Assembly (NCBI RefSeq): GCF_902459465.1
Contig: NC_047076.1
Coordinates: 4,402,001 to 4,466,000 of the forward strand
DNA: 64,000 bases
Reading direction: 5' to 3'
From: Asterias rubens
Taxonomy: Eukaryota
Part shown: positions 48,574 to 61,600 of the stretch, piece by piece
Layout of the letters: every line of letters begins with the position of its first letter
How positions within the stretch are numbered: position 1 is the stretch's first letter
Position numbers and translations under genes: made by a program
Notes under the pieces: generated by a model
Told to the model about the DNA's origin: nothing
The model's database searches: none
Seen by the model: the letters and a program-made list of their open reading frames with translations, nothing else

Positions 48574-51500
48574 ATGGTGGAGACAGCAGTGCGACCTTAC
48601 GGTGATCTCCGTCTTCACCTTCAAACCGACACAAATGCTGGACCAAACAGCATCCAACAAGTGGTTTTAAATCGCCAGCAACGTCAGATGAAGTTCCCAC
48701 ATTTACGCGGCCGATGGGACGTGGACAGTTTCCAGTGGCACTCCAGCCCCAACTTGGTGAAGTACCACGACGACACGCTGGCCCCATTGAGAGACAACGT
48801 CCCGACCATTGACCCGGTCTCTGGGTTCGTTTCCGCGGCCACAGACGTCGACCGTAACACAGGCATCAATCGTATCCCATCGTTACAGCAAGTTGACAAT
48901 ACCCCAAACACGGTCACACCGCAGTCTCCTCGCCCGACGACCACCAGAGCTCACAGGGGGAAGGAAAAGGAAAAAGATAATGGAACATTTGAGGCAAAGA
49001 AACCTGTAACGCCGCACTTTTCTCGTGCAAGGTCTAACCCAGAGATGAGACTTGTGAGAAGCGAATCAGATGTGACACATGTATTGAATGATCCTGGAAC
49101 ATGGGCAGGCAGGAAGATCAGTGACGGCTTCATTAGGGCGAAATTAGGAGGTTATTATTTGTTTTGATGAATTTATAATATAATGTCACAAGTATTAAAC
49201 TCGGATTCCATATTGAACTTAGAATAACATGAACTATATGCTGTAGTTGTATTGTAGTAGGCATGACCCTATTTTTTTGATGCCAAATGACGAGTTACAA
49301 TTTTATCATAAAGCCAAGAGTGCTTGTTGTAATGTATATATTGGTGAATACATGTACTTCTAGAACTATGAGGTTTGTTTTGCTATCATCTCCAGGATGA
49401 CAGCAAAACAAACCCCATACGCCTCTCTTAATATTTATGAATGAGGTACGTCACAATGCTAACTCAAAACGAGGCGATGGGTGCAGCCACTGCAAGTGAT
49501 GGGGACAGTGCGCCCATAGCCTCATTTTGGATAAGAATTATGACGTCATGCATAAGTATTAAGAGAGGCGTATAGCTCTTGGAGTTTAGCAAAGCGTCAG
49601 TGGCACACTGAATTCAAACTTGAAGATCCCACTTGCGTGGATACACAGGGAATTCAAGCAGAAGCCATTATGCATTATCCTCCCCAATGGTTCACAAAGC
49701 CTACTCCTAGAACTATGAGGTTCGCTCTGCCATGGTTGGGGTGAACCTAACAGCTCACAAGGAGTTCTCAAAGCCCAACCAGTTGGGGTGGTGGGTTAAG
49801 CCTCAACCAAGAACTGACATTACAAGTAGGCTTATGGAACTATGGGCTGATTGAGTTTTAATCAAGTTTTTCCTTTATTCAAATGTTTCTTTTGTCCATT
49901 TTAACAGGTTGGACGAGCAAAGAAGATCCGAGGCAAGCTGCTGCTGAACAAACACGAATTTGGAAACAGCTACATGAGCGGAATATTAAGAATCAAGTTA
50001 ATGTAAGTCGAAAGATGGACAACTGCGTCATAGGGTGTCGTTATCGTGGCTTAGCGGATAAGAGCATTGGCCAAGCTCGGGTGTTTCTGTTCAGCAAAGT
50101 GTGGGTTCGAGTCCCGGTCATGACACTTTTGTCCCTGAGCAAGACACTTACATATAACTTTATTTGCTTATGGGTAAATTAGTACCTGTGAGTCTAGAGT
50201 TGGTTCTGGTGATTGATTAAGCTTATTTTAGTTTGATACATATTTGCGGCTATATTATACTCTCAAGGGTGCTGAGATGATTTGAGTAATGAAATAAATG
50301 GATCAGCGAAAATTGTTTGAGCGAATTTGAATAAGTAAATAATAATATTGCACATACTGTATTTATTTTTTTCTCTCATTGTTTAGTCTGTAGATCGATC
50401 CCCTGATTGGAAAGATGAAGCAGCTTTGAGATACGTCTACACATCGGCTGCACAGCGGTATGTTTACACTGTCATTACATTTCTTGTATTGTGTTTTTTA
50501 TTGAATGATTTTTATCAGCCTGATGAGGCCACTAGTGAAGTGGTGAAATGTCACTGAAAACTTTTTGGATTTGTTCTCCATTTTTCATCCATATATTGGA
50601 ATTGGTAAAATGAACATCTTTACTGAAGTTCTAATGGACATTCCTAATAATTCAATAAGAATTCATAAGTTGCATTTTTATAATGAAATCATTGATTGGA
50701 TATTTGATCAAGTAATTTATTGACTTTACACAGTGCCTCCGAAGATGTCAGCTGGGACAGCAAACTGGCCCCCAAGGTACTCCCTCCGGCCTCAACGTTA
50801 GAGTCACAAGCTGATGCAGTTTCCCATCGCTTTTCTGTCAACAAAAGATACGATCCAAATGCTGGGGAATGGCAGGTAAAACCCCCAAGCTTTTCTCGTG
50901 CAATCCAACTGTCGATCCAACTGAAATGGAGACAAAAATGGCCAACCAACTTGCAAAATAATCAACATGCTAAAAACATGAACATTTGCAGAATTATTCT
51001 GTATTGGATAGTCTTTTTTTTTTTTTTTTTTTTTCTTTTTTTGCAAGTTGCCAGACACACAAGGCCTGAAGGCCACTTCAAGGTGTGGGCTACAATTATT
51101 TCTTTCCACAGTCCATACAGTCCATACGGATGTAGGCTTGGATAGTGGCAGACCCATGCAAAATAATCATTGTTATTATTATTTGGATTTGGGTCAATAA
51201 AAGATAACCCCACAGCTTTAAAATCACCAATGGAGTAATATTGAATGTCTTTATTTTATTTCACAGAATTTAGGAAGATCTTTTGATTGGTTCCAAAAAC
51301 GTGATGGCCACCATACAAGAGGACCCATTGATTTGTAAGTAAATTCAAGCATTCATGGTCAAAATAGAGAATGTTTTCTTAAGTCAGGGGTTTTGGGTAT
51401 GGGGGCAGGGGTACGAAACCAAATTTGCTTGCTAACATCATCCTTCAATGATGCGTACGAGACAACTTTCCATCTCTGTATAGACAACACTCAGTACATG

Positions 51501-53310
51501 CAAAGCCTAATATGCGCAGTGATGCACTCACTCACTTGAATGGCCCGTTTGGAAGTCTGGTCAACCATTGGTTCTACAGTATTCAACACTACATTGCCTT
51601 CCGCGTTTTCACTATAGTGTCACTGGTTCCCGTGTGCGCTTTACACATGGTACATGGAACAGGCTATTGGGACCACGGAATAAACCGTGGTCATGAGGCT
51701 GGTTCCAAATGGTCGTCCACAGTAGACAACCAATGGTCAACCAGCCTGGGTTCGAGTCAAAATAGTCAACCTTTAGTTAACCAGTGTGCACTCTCAAACT
51801 TGCTCTAGGTGACAGCAGACTTACCAGGTGAATTCATTTTTCACAGAATTGTGCACATGCTCAGAACAATGAAAACTTACCCGATAAGTATGCTGCCACC
51901 TATCATTACATAGTCTTCAATTCCCAGTGCTCACCAAAAGGTCTTTACTGGAATAAACTTTTGATCTGTGCAATTTTCTTGTTCTCTTGTACAGCTGTAG
52001 TCCACATAGAAAGAACAACCAGATTCCAAATTACACTGGTTGTATAGGAGGGGAAGGTGAGAGGGAAGACCCTCATAGATTCTTCATACCGTCGACTGAG
52101 CTTCGTACATTGGTTCCAAAGTACACTGAGACTGCCAGGTAAGGGTTTTTAAGTGTGCAAGATTAAACTGTTTGACCAAACTGATCTAAGTAGTTAATGC
52201 ATTTCTTAGGTGACAATGTATCTGCTTTTTGTCATTCCAATCAGGTCTTTTTGTTGTTAGTTCCATAATAATAATAACAAGAGAAGTAAACAAATATAAT
52301 AGATAAATAAGGCATAAAAGTAAATATGGAGGAATTGTGAAAATCAAAGAAGTTATAAGGAAGACATTAGTCTAGGGGTCGATTTCAGCTCAACCTAGTC
52401 CTAACTTAGGACTACTTCTAGGACTCTTTATGAGTTATATAAAAAAACAACTTGAGGCTAGTCCTAAGTTAGTTCGAGTATCACGCCCTAACTTGAGATA
52501 AGACTAGTCTTAACTCTTTGAAAAATCCACACCATGAACTTTTGAAATGCACCCTTTTGCTAATATGTCTGATTTGTTTTCTGTTCACAGGCGTTCAAAT
52601 ATCCCAGGTTACACAGGATGTACTCACTGGTGCAGTGATGAGCCAGCTAATATGAATGTGGGCATCCCCCAACCACAGACCACAGCTAGAGTACACAGGT
52701 GAGCATTGAAAACATCATCTCAACTTTAATTCTTGTCGAATTGTTTTATATAGTTGTTGCAAAAGTCTGCCTGGAATTACCAAAGCAGGGGTCCAATGAC
52801 CATGTGTCCTTTGTTCCCATCCCAACCACCCTCTATTCATTTCGCTTTCTGCGCGCATGAAAGTTTTGCATAAAGTTGGTTAAGGAGTTTTGTCAGTGGC
52901 CACATCAAAATACACCATCTGACCCATGACGATGCTCCTTATACAAATTGATGTGAAAACTATGCATACGTGCAAACCATGCATGCAAAAAATTAATCCC
53001 GGGCTAATGGTCATGCAACCCAGAGTGATTATATATAATCTTTTACCATTATTTAGATCACCGTAGCTTAGAGTGCTTAATTGAACATTGTTCTTCAACA
53101 ATTGCCCGCTTGCCTAGTGCCAGCTAAAACACAGATTTGTTATTTTGACCTCTCAAATTATTCTATTTTTTCAGGAGTTTACCTGCTCGCATGAACAGGT
53201 CTCCACATAAGCGTACATCGAGAATGTCGCGCATGGTCACGCTAGTACCCCCAGGAAACCCCTTCAACACAATCGATAGAGACCAGAGAACACTGGAGCA
53301 GTACCACTGA
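48574..53310 (+). CDS. SPATA48: SPATA48 (C7orf72, SPMIP7)-like sperm microtubule inner protein, 446 aa
   Basis: Exons 48574-49150, 49908-50002, 50387-50457, 50734-50875, 51267-51334, 51995-52138, 52591-52698, 53175-53310 (1341 nt). Matches recalled human blocks: PLRDNV..DPVSGF, IRAKLGGWTS, EDVSWDSKLAPK, NIPGYTG, SRMVTLVPPGNPFN. Confidence 0.88.
49416..49574. mobile_element. MITE in SPATA48 intron 1
   Basis: ATACGCCTCTCTTAATA.TTATG / CATAAGTATTAAGAGAGGCGTAT. Confidence 0.7.
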
Positions 53311-55124
53311 AGAGGTTTACTGTTAGAGTAAGCAAGAATCAGGGCAGTCTGAGCCAGTCATCAGCACCTGGATGCCAGGAAACTTAGCACATCATCAATT
53401 TGCCTTGGATCATTGGCGCGTAGAGAAAATGCTGTCTTGTCATTAGGCTTATCAAATTTCCACTGCAGCTATTGATTGAAGACTTGTGAAGATTAATATC
53501 TTTACGTGCTCCGAGATCTTAATAATATGAATTTATGAGAAGTGATTTGTTCGAAAAGTTTGAAACTACACCAAATTACAGGCCTTGAATTACACCAATG
53601 GAGGCCATGGTCTTGGCCTTGGTGACCCTTCAAAAGTTTCTCATGGGACTTCAACATTTGCCAACAAAAGTGTCCTTTGCGAACTGAAAATGGCCATGCC
53701 CTCTTAAAGATGAAACTCCAGGTCTGATCTGTAAAGGGTCAATTGGGTTTACTGTGGGTTCCATGATGCCTTCAAAAAGATGGGTGTTTTTAGTGTGGGA
53801 TTCCACAGAGACTTGTATATTTAAGCAAAGGGAGAAGCGCTTACAAAGGAATGGACATTTTTACCCAAATGAATGTTTAAAGAAGGAAGTCATTGAGTCA
53901 AGATTTCATTGACAGGTATTTTCTTTTTGTCGCTGTGCATGGGTGCTATTGGTATATCCCTGGGTTTTTAAACAGCAAGGTTTCCTTAAAAGTCCTAAAG
54001 TTATTTTTTGTATTGCTACTAATCATGAACAAATCTTGTTATGTACAATTAATCAAGCTAACAAAAGAAGGTATGCTCATAATTTGACATGGGAGCCACT
54101 CAACATTTTAAATATAAAAGGGATTAATAGTACATGTATATTTTTTACATAAATGATGCTTTGTATCACAGTGTGCTTGAATATTTTACCTCCAAATTTA
54201 TTGGACGAAATCACAGTGTTTTATTTATTTTTCATTTTACACCAGATTTAACTAAGACCTTCATCATTAAGCGGCCATCTTGTTTATCTCATTTCGTGGT
54301 GTGGTTTTAAAAAAAAAATAATCATAAATGCAACAAATACATAAGCCTATTATGGAAATAAGAAAATGATGGCCGCTGCTGCATGAGGATTGTTGAATTC
54401 ATTTGAAGTGTTGTGACAAAAATAATAGCTATAACTGAATTTGTGACATCTATTTTCTTAATACTCCAAGTTTTATAGTCGAGGCTGGTTTTCATGGCAA
54501 TACTGTATTTTAAATGGATGTGTAGCCTATGGGATAACATAAGATTTTGTGAATTTTAGTATTTTTATATTATCACTAAAAAACACCAACAAATCGCCTG
54601 GTAAACACAAAACATAGTAGGCTGATTAACAAAAGGCTACCTTTTAAAAGGGGAAAAATAATTATAGTAGGTTATTGGAAAATATCTTGTTGATACCTTT
54701 GTCCCTCATAACTAACTTGGCCAAAATGATTAATACATTGAAATTTATAGAATTTAATTGTACTTGTGTATGATGAACATTTTTCTATTTTGCACTACAC
54801 TGACCTGTGTTTTATCCACAGACTGGGTCTAAAATCATGGTTTTTGAGTGGGTTTTTTAATTATAAAAAATGATGCTAGGACTAAAAGAAAAAGACAAGG
54901 AATCAAATGAAAAATTATGCAATTTGTTAGTATTTATGAATTTAAAGTTTGAATTAACTGTATGTAAATTTTGAATGAACATTAAATCAAGTCGGAATGG
55001 AAATTGATGTTGAATTGTGGGATATTACAATTTGTTTTCCCATGTTAATTCTTGATGTATCAGCCTTCGAGCTGTTTTCATCGAATTGTTTTTTTTTTTT
55101 TTTTTACAATTTCAATCAATATTC

Positions 55125-55400
55125 TAACTAGCACGTGCAACTCAAAAATGTCGTCTGCAAAATAAAAAAGCGCGCCAAAAATCATAGCCTACATTTTCAT
55201 TGGCGAAAAGTTTTAGGCTGCTTTCACTTTTTTGAAGCCAGCTAGCTGGTACGCGCTGAGGTTTACAAACGCGCATACATGCCCAATGCTATAATGTTCG
55301 TTTACCATTGACACAGTACATGCAGTGCATTCCAATCGGGCGTCCATACATTCATTACATACACGACCGTACACTCTGAACGAAAGTACACACGCGCACG
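55125..55400 (+). promoter_or_regulatory. Candidate promoter of the ZCWPW2-like gene
   Basis: CpG-enriched; E-box CACGTG 55132-37; E2F-type GCGCCAAA 55172-79; ATTGGCGAAAA near 55199. Confidence 0.4.
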
Positions 55401-55615
55401 AAAACCCAAAGCAGACGACACACTTGCTCAGTGCCTCTTAACTCTCTACCATAAATAGCTCTTTGCTCTCTACTCATATCTTTGGTATGTTTTAGTTAGT
55501 GAAACAAGGTCCTTTCTCTTTGGTGGTACTGACAGTACAGCATTTGCTGATTTGCCGGCAGTTTTAATGACTACAGTTCCTGTTTACACTTGGTATTTTT
55601 GAGTTGAACTTCATC

Positions 55616-58600
55616 ATGTTCAAGATGATGGAAATAACACCAGAAGAGGTAGGGATTTTTTTCAATGAATTTACTTTTCATTTTTGTCAACGCATGCAGT
55701 GGTGGCGGTTTGTGCTACTGCAAAACAAGACAAGCGTACACTGTTCACTACAGCTGTTATTGTTTGTCATGTTTGACATTGATATATTGTTGAACTGAAG
55801 CAAATTTGTGCATGGTATTTAATCATTAATTCTCTTTTCTGTGGGCATGGTCACAATGGTGGGCATCATTCATTCATGATCATGATGTTGCTTAGCCCTG
55901 CCCTTGGCCTAACCATGCTAACAATGTAAATCACCATCTCCCTTTTTTGTATTAAACTAAAAGTACAATGTAGATGTCAGTCAGCACGGTCAGTGTCACT
56001 AGTCACAGAACATGCAGGACACTTAAAGGAACACGTTGCCTTGGATCGGACGAGTTGGTCTATAAAAAAGCATTTGTAACCGTTTTTTATAAAAAGCATA
56101 ATGGTTGGAAAGATGTTTTAAAAGTAGAATACAATGATCCACACAAATTTGCCTCGAAATTGCGTGCCTTTCCTTTTACTGTGCGAACTAACACGGTCGG
56201 CCATTTGTGGGAGTCAACAAATTTACTCCCATAATAAATGGCCGACCGTGTTAGTCGACGAGGTAAAAAAATAATAGGAAAACCGTGCAATTTCGAGGCA
56301 TGTTTGTGTGGATCATTGTATTTTACCAAATATCTTTCCACCCATATGCACTTTATAACAAACGGTTACAAAGACCAACTCGACCGATCCAAGGCAACGT
56401 GTTCCTTTAATATGCTACGGTTCTGCACATCAGCACAGGCTAGTGTAGTAATTATAGACCCCCATACTCCCATAGTAATTTTATTTATTCTAAAGAGGGG
56501 CCCAGGGCCAGGCAAAAGTAGAGCAGAGGGCCAATTTATTTGGCACAAGCAAATATCCCTCCTTGCAAAAAAGTCCTATCTAAACTAAGGAGAAAAAAAT
56601 GCCTAATTAGAATCTTAAAGGACTGCTTTAAAAGCATGTTAAGTCAATATAAGGCCTAGCTAGGATAGATAAGTCAAGATAAGGCCTTAGGTACTTATTA
56701 ATATTAGATTTTTCGTCACTTCTTTGTCGATTCATGAATAAGATTCCTATTTTCTAAGAAGGCACCCCCTTAACTTCTTAAGCCTATAGTTTCTCAAAGT
56801 CAAAGAAGGGTTAAGACTATAATGGCAACAGCTTTTTTAACAAAGGCTCTTTATATTCTAGATCACTGCTCTGCCTATAGACAATATTTTTGTGCGAGTT
56901 ATTCACTGATCGAGAGGCGCTACCCTTCATAAAAAAAACCATAATAAATAAAAAAATAGGCCTATGTGCTAAGGATTAGTTTTTAATCTGTTGCAGGTGA
57001 AGGAGCTATCTTGGGTGCAATGTGAAGACGAAGCTTGTCTGAAATGGAGACGGATTGACCGGGAAGAGGTGACCAGCCTTGAGAACAAATCCTGGTTCTG
57101 CCATATGAACAGTGACCCAAAACACAACAGGTCAGTTGGTTGCTTACTTGCCTAAAGGCATTGGACACATTTGGTAATTTTCATAGACCAGTTTTCTCTC
57201 TTGGTGTATCCCAACATGCATAAATTAGAGCCAAGTAAGAAAAGAAGACAGTCAAGGAGATTCAGTTTTAGTGTGAGGAGAACCCCAGAGAACTATTCTA
57301 GGGAAAATCCATGCAGTCAAATAGGGACTGAAAACCCAATCCACAATTTACATGTAGTATTCGCGATGGGATTCGAACCAGTGTTCCAGCGGTGGAAGGC
57401 GAGGCACACCCCTACACCAACCTGACTGCATTATCAATCTATTGCTCAATCATTACACTTCCATGATCTTTCCTTTTTATCTTAGATGTGAGGACCCAGA
57501 GGAAGATCACAGGCGAACGATTCAGACAGCCAACAAATGTGGCTACCGTTACATCTTTAGTCAACTACCCAAAGGCTCCCTAGTCTGGGCTAAGATGACA
57601 GGTCATGTCAGGTCAGCTCTATACTTAATTATCTTTTTCAGTTACTTACTTATTTATTTACATACTTATTTTGCACCTGCGGCAAACAATTTGCTGCAAT
57701 GCATCTTGGGAATTAAAAATTAGTTGCAACCAGTGTCAAAGTCGCAACTAGTTGAGGCACTACTAGTCGAGTAGTAAATTTCACTAGTCGCCCAGGCTTA
57801 TTCCATTACGAGTATCAGGTCTGATGTTGAGCAATGACATAAAAACATGAATTTCCCTGTATACAGATGGCCAGCAATCTTATCGGAAGACCCGGCTACT
57901 GGAGACTATTCCGTTATCAATAATGAGACTGGGACGCCTACCGAGTATCACGTTGAGTTCCTTGGACAACCTCAACACTCCCACTGCTGGGTGCCAAGCG
58001 GAAATGTTGATGTCTACGGGTCCTCATGCTCTTACCCCAAGCCACAAAGGGTATGAGAAAATTACCAATTTATCTTCATAGGCACTAGACACATTTTGGT
58101 AATATTCAAAGACCACTATTTTCATGTGGTGTGTCCCAACATTTGCATGAAAAAAGCATGGTGAGAAATGACTTCCTCTAAAGTAAAGAGGTAATTTCTC
58201 ACCCAAAATATTTGAATCTGAGAAAGACTTTCGGCCCGACGCCTTTCTCAGGCATTTGCGAGCACAACTGTTCAACAAGGGTTTTTTCTTTCATTATTCT
58301 CTTGCAGCTAAAACCAAAATTTATATTCTTTATCCCCGATGCAAATTTAACATCTATTAAATCTGGGTTACATACACAAACCTAATATCTTAGTATGTCC
58401 TTGTATTTTCAAGAGTATTTGAACAAATTCCTCCTTACTTCCTGTTTACCTGATCCTAAATCAATTAAGTTTTCAAATATTTTGTTTTATTTTATTTAAA
58501 GAGTACCAAACGAGGCAAGAAGTCCGTAGCCATGTCTGCATACATTTTGAAGAAGAGTGAGCAATACATCAAGAACTTACATGCATCTATGGATGAAGCT

Positions 58601-61600
58601 GAGCTCATTAAGTCTCTTAGTAATGAAGAGAGGTGGATAAAATGTGTCTTTCGTTATAAACCAAAGACGGAGGCAGCTGAACATCTCAACAAGCCAACAG
58701 GTAGCCTACATGTTAATGGTGTCGTCTAAACTTTGCAATATTTTTCAGATTGTTTAGAGAATACTTTTTTTTAAAGACCCCCCCCAAAAGTTGTAGTTAC
58801 TGTGCATGAATATAGACGATGTGACCTACATGTATGTTTACATTCAAACCGACCTCTGTTGACAAAACACTGTATATGTCATGTTTCGCCGGGCAAAAAA
58901 GATGCGTAGTCATGGTAAGATTGCATACTTTCTAGCTGGCTGCCAAAACACAAAGGTTTTGCCCGGCGGTATGCGCGCAAATCATGTTATGATTTTTGAG
59001 TGATGTCAGAGGTCACATCGTCTGTATGTAGCGTGTCATTGCTGGCCGAGAGGTTTAGCGCACAGGACTGGAGCTCTGGTGCTTCTGATTGGCAGAGTTT
59101 GGGTTTGAGTTGTACTCATAGACCTTATCGCAAATACCAATGCGCAAGCGCAGACTGTTGAATGAGGTGCATTGTGGGATATATATGGATCAAATTTGGA
59201 TACCAGCAAGACCACAATGCACCTAATTCCAAGCTTTACGCGCGCGCCCCGGTATTTGCGAAAAGGTCTATGCCACTTCTAAATTGTGTCCTTAGGGATT
59301 GTGTGTAATTGGAACCCACTGTTTGTTTTAGTCCTTTATAGTTGTACGTGTAGATATTTTATACCAAAAAACTAACTTGCAAAATTTTAATTTCAAAAAG
59401 TGGAGGAGTTTTTGAGATATGGAGTGGTTATCATGCAGGTAGAATAATCTGCAATTGGGATACACAGTGTAACATTAGTGCAAGGCTCTTGGATTATTGG
59501 ATATATGCATATTGTTTTGTTCAGGTTATGAATTGCATATTTGTTTTGTTTTTTTTGAATATTTTGTGAACTAATTCAAATGACCCTACAGAGGAACAGA
59601 AAGAAAAACGGCCAACTCAACAAAATGATGTGGTTAACCCAGCAGTGAAGAAAAAGCGAGGAAGACCGCCGTCCAAACCTAAGGAAATCAGAGAATCCAA
59701 AACAACAGGCAAATCTACACATACAAAGAGACCGGTAAGAAAAAATTTTCTTCTGCAGAACTATCAAGGTCAAGTAAATGAAGACCCTCAAAACCACAGT
59801 TGGTTATTCTGATTGTCGCAACAGAAATAAGCCGAAATAAAAAAAAAAAAACTCATGGCAAACCAGAGATCGGAATCGTTATTTTTGTTTTTGGATATGA
59901 CAGAATTTGGCCAATAGGCCAACATTTTGTTGTAAACATGTTGGATGTATTGAAAACAAAACGATGGAAATGAAGTTACTCTTCTTAGGGCCACTGATTT
60001 TCCGTTTCAGAAAAGTGCAAATTCCGTTTGGCAAAAACATGAATTCCGTTTCAGGCACAAAAAATTCCGTTTCATGTTTTTTTAATTAGATAAAAGGTTG
60101 TTTAATACCCAGGGACACACTTATAAAAAACAATTTGAGATAAGCTGCACTGTTGACTTCGTAAAATGTTCATTTCGACTTCTTAAAACCATAGATGTAC
60201 CTCCCCTTAAAGGTTTGATATCGTTTGTAGATCAAAGTTTTTGGCCATGACATGAGACCCTACTCACTGTGAATGAAGATGTATGTAATATAGTTTACTA
60301 GCCCTGTAGAGGCTAGAATTTAAGGAATTCCCAATCTTTGTTTTCTTTTAACTGTTTGCGTTATTTTTTTGGCTACTGCAGAAGACGGTATCTTTCCCTC
60401 AGCATCCAGAGTTTCTGCATAAAGCATCTCATGAACCTTCACTGACATCTTCAGATGATGACTCCACTCCTCAATTAGTACCTGAGCTTATCACCACTAA
60501 AGAGGAGCGCCTTCAAGCTGATATCAAGGTATGGCTAATTCATTCAGGTAAAAAAAAAACATTTTAACGGCTTGATGTTTCGACCCTAGCACAAAATCAC
60601 AAACCACAAACCAGTTAAGGAGGAGCACCTCTAAGCTGATATCAAGGTATGGGTAATTCATTCATTGTCAAATGTTTGTACTTGTAATTGTTTTCCTGAC
60701 CAGGGTTTAGGTACTTTTTGTATGACACAAAACACAATGTTCACAGATTTCCATTTAATTTACGCAGGTTGAAGATAATGGTAGTAGAAACCTTCCCTTA
60801 AAATATTACTTGTGATGTGTTTTAGTTTTTGAGAATTGAGCAAAACAATTTCACAAAAATAATTTTGTCTCGGGAGAGTACAGAGTTGCTAAGTACAAAG
60901 TATTTACGCGACTCTCCTAAAAACAGTCTTTTAATATTTGAGTGAGAAATTACCTCTAACTCAAATACTCTGTTACTTCAGAAGGAGCCGTTTCTCACAA
61001 TGTTTTATAATATCGACAGCTCTCCATATTACTTTTAGTATTGCCCGTTATCAAGTAAGTGTTTATGAAAACTTTTACAAATGAGTAACTACCAATAGTG
61101 TTTAGTGCCTTTAAAGACTAATTCCTGTTCCTGTATATTTATCCCTTCACCAGCTTCTAAGAAAGGCAGAGGAGAAGTTTGAACAACGGCTGCACAGATT
61201 TTCACAACGTCATGGGATACCAGTGAAAAACAGTAGGCCCAATTGGCAAGGGCGCCAGGTCAGTCCCTACCAGGTCTATATGGCAGTGCAGGAGCGAGGT
61301 GGCTACAATATGGTAAGCTACAGGTGTAGTCTTTTGCCCTTACATTATCAGGCTAACTTCTTTGTTGCCCCTTGTATTGGCCTTAGTGCCCATTCAAAAG
61401 TTTCCCCATAGACTTTCCCAAGGTTTTCCTTTGGAAGTGCCCTTTTTGCAAAGTGAAATTGGCCTTGCCCTCTCTAAAATGAAATTCCAGGCCTGCATTA
61501 TGTCCCGTCCACTTAAACAACTGCCCTCTCAAGTGACATTGGACAGGTTCATATCAAACATAGCTTGAAAATAATTATCTGCTAAGCAGAAATGAGCAGG

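Noticed and set aside
50720-51145. 141-aa ORF
   Set aside because: SPATA48 exon 4 read through into intron and poly-T; not a separate gene.
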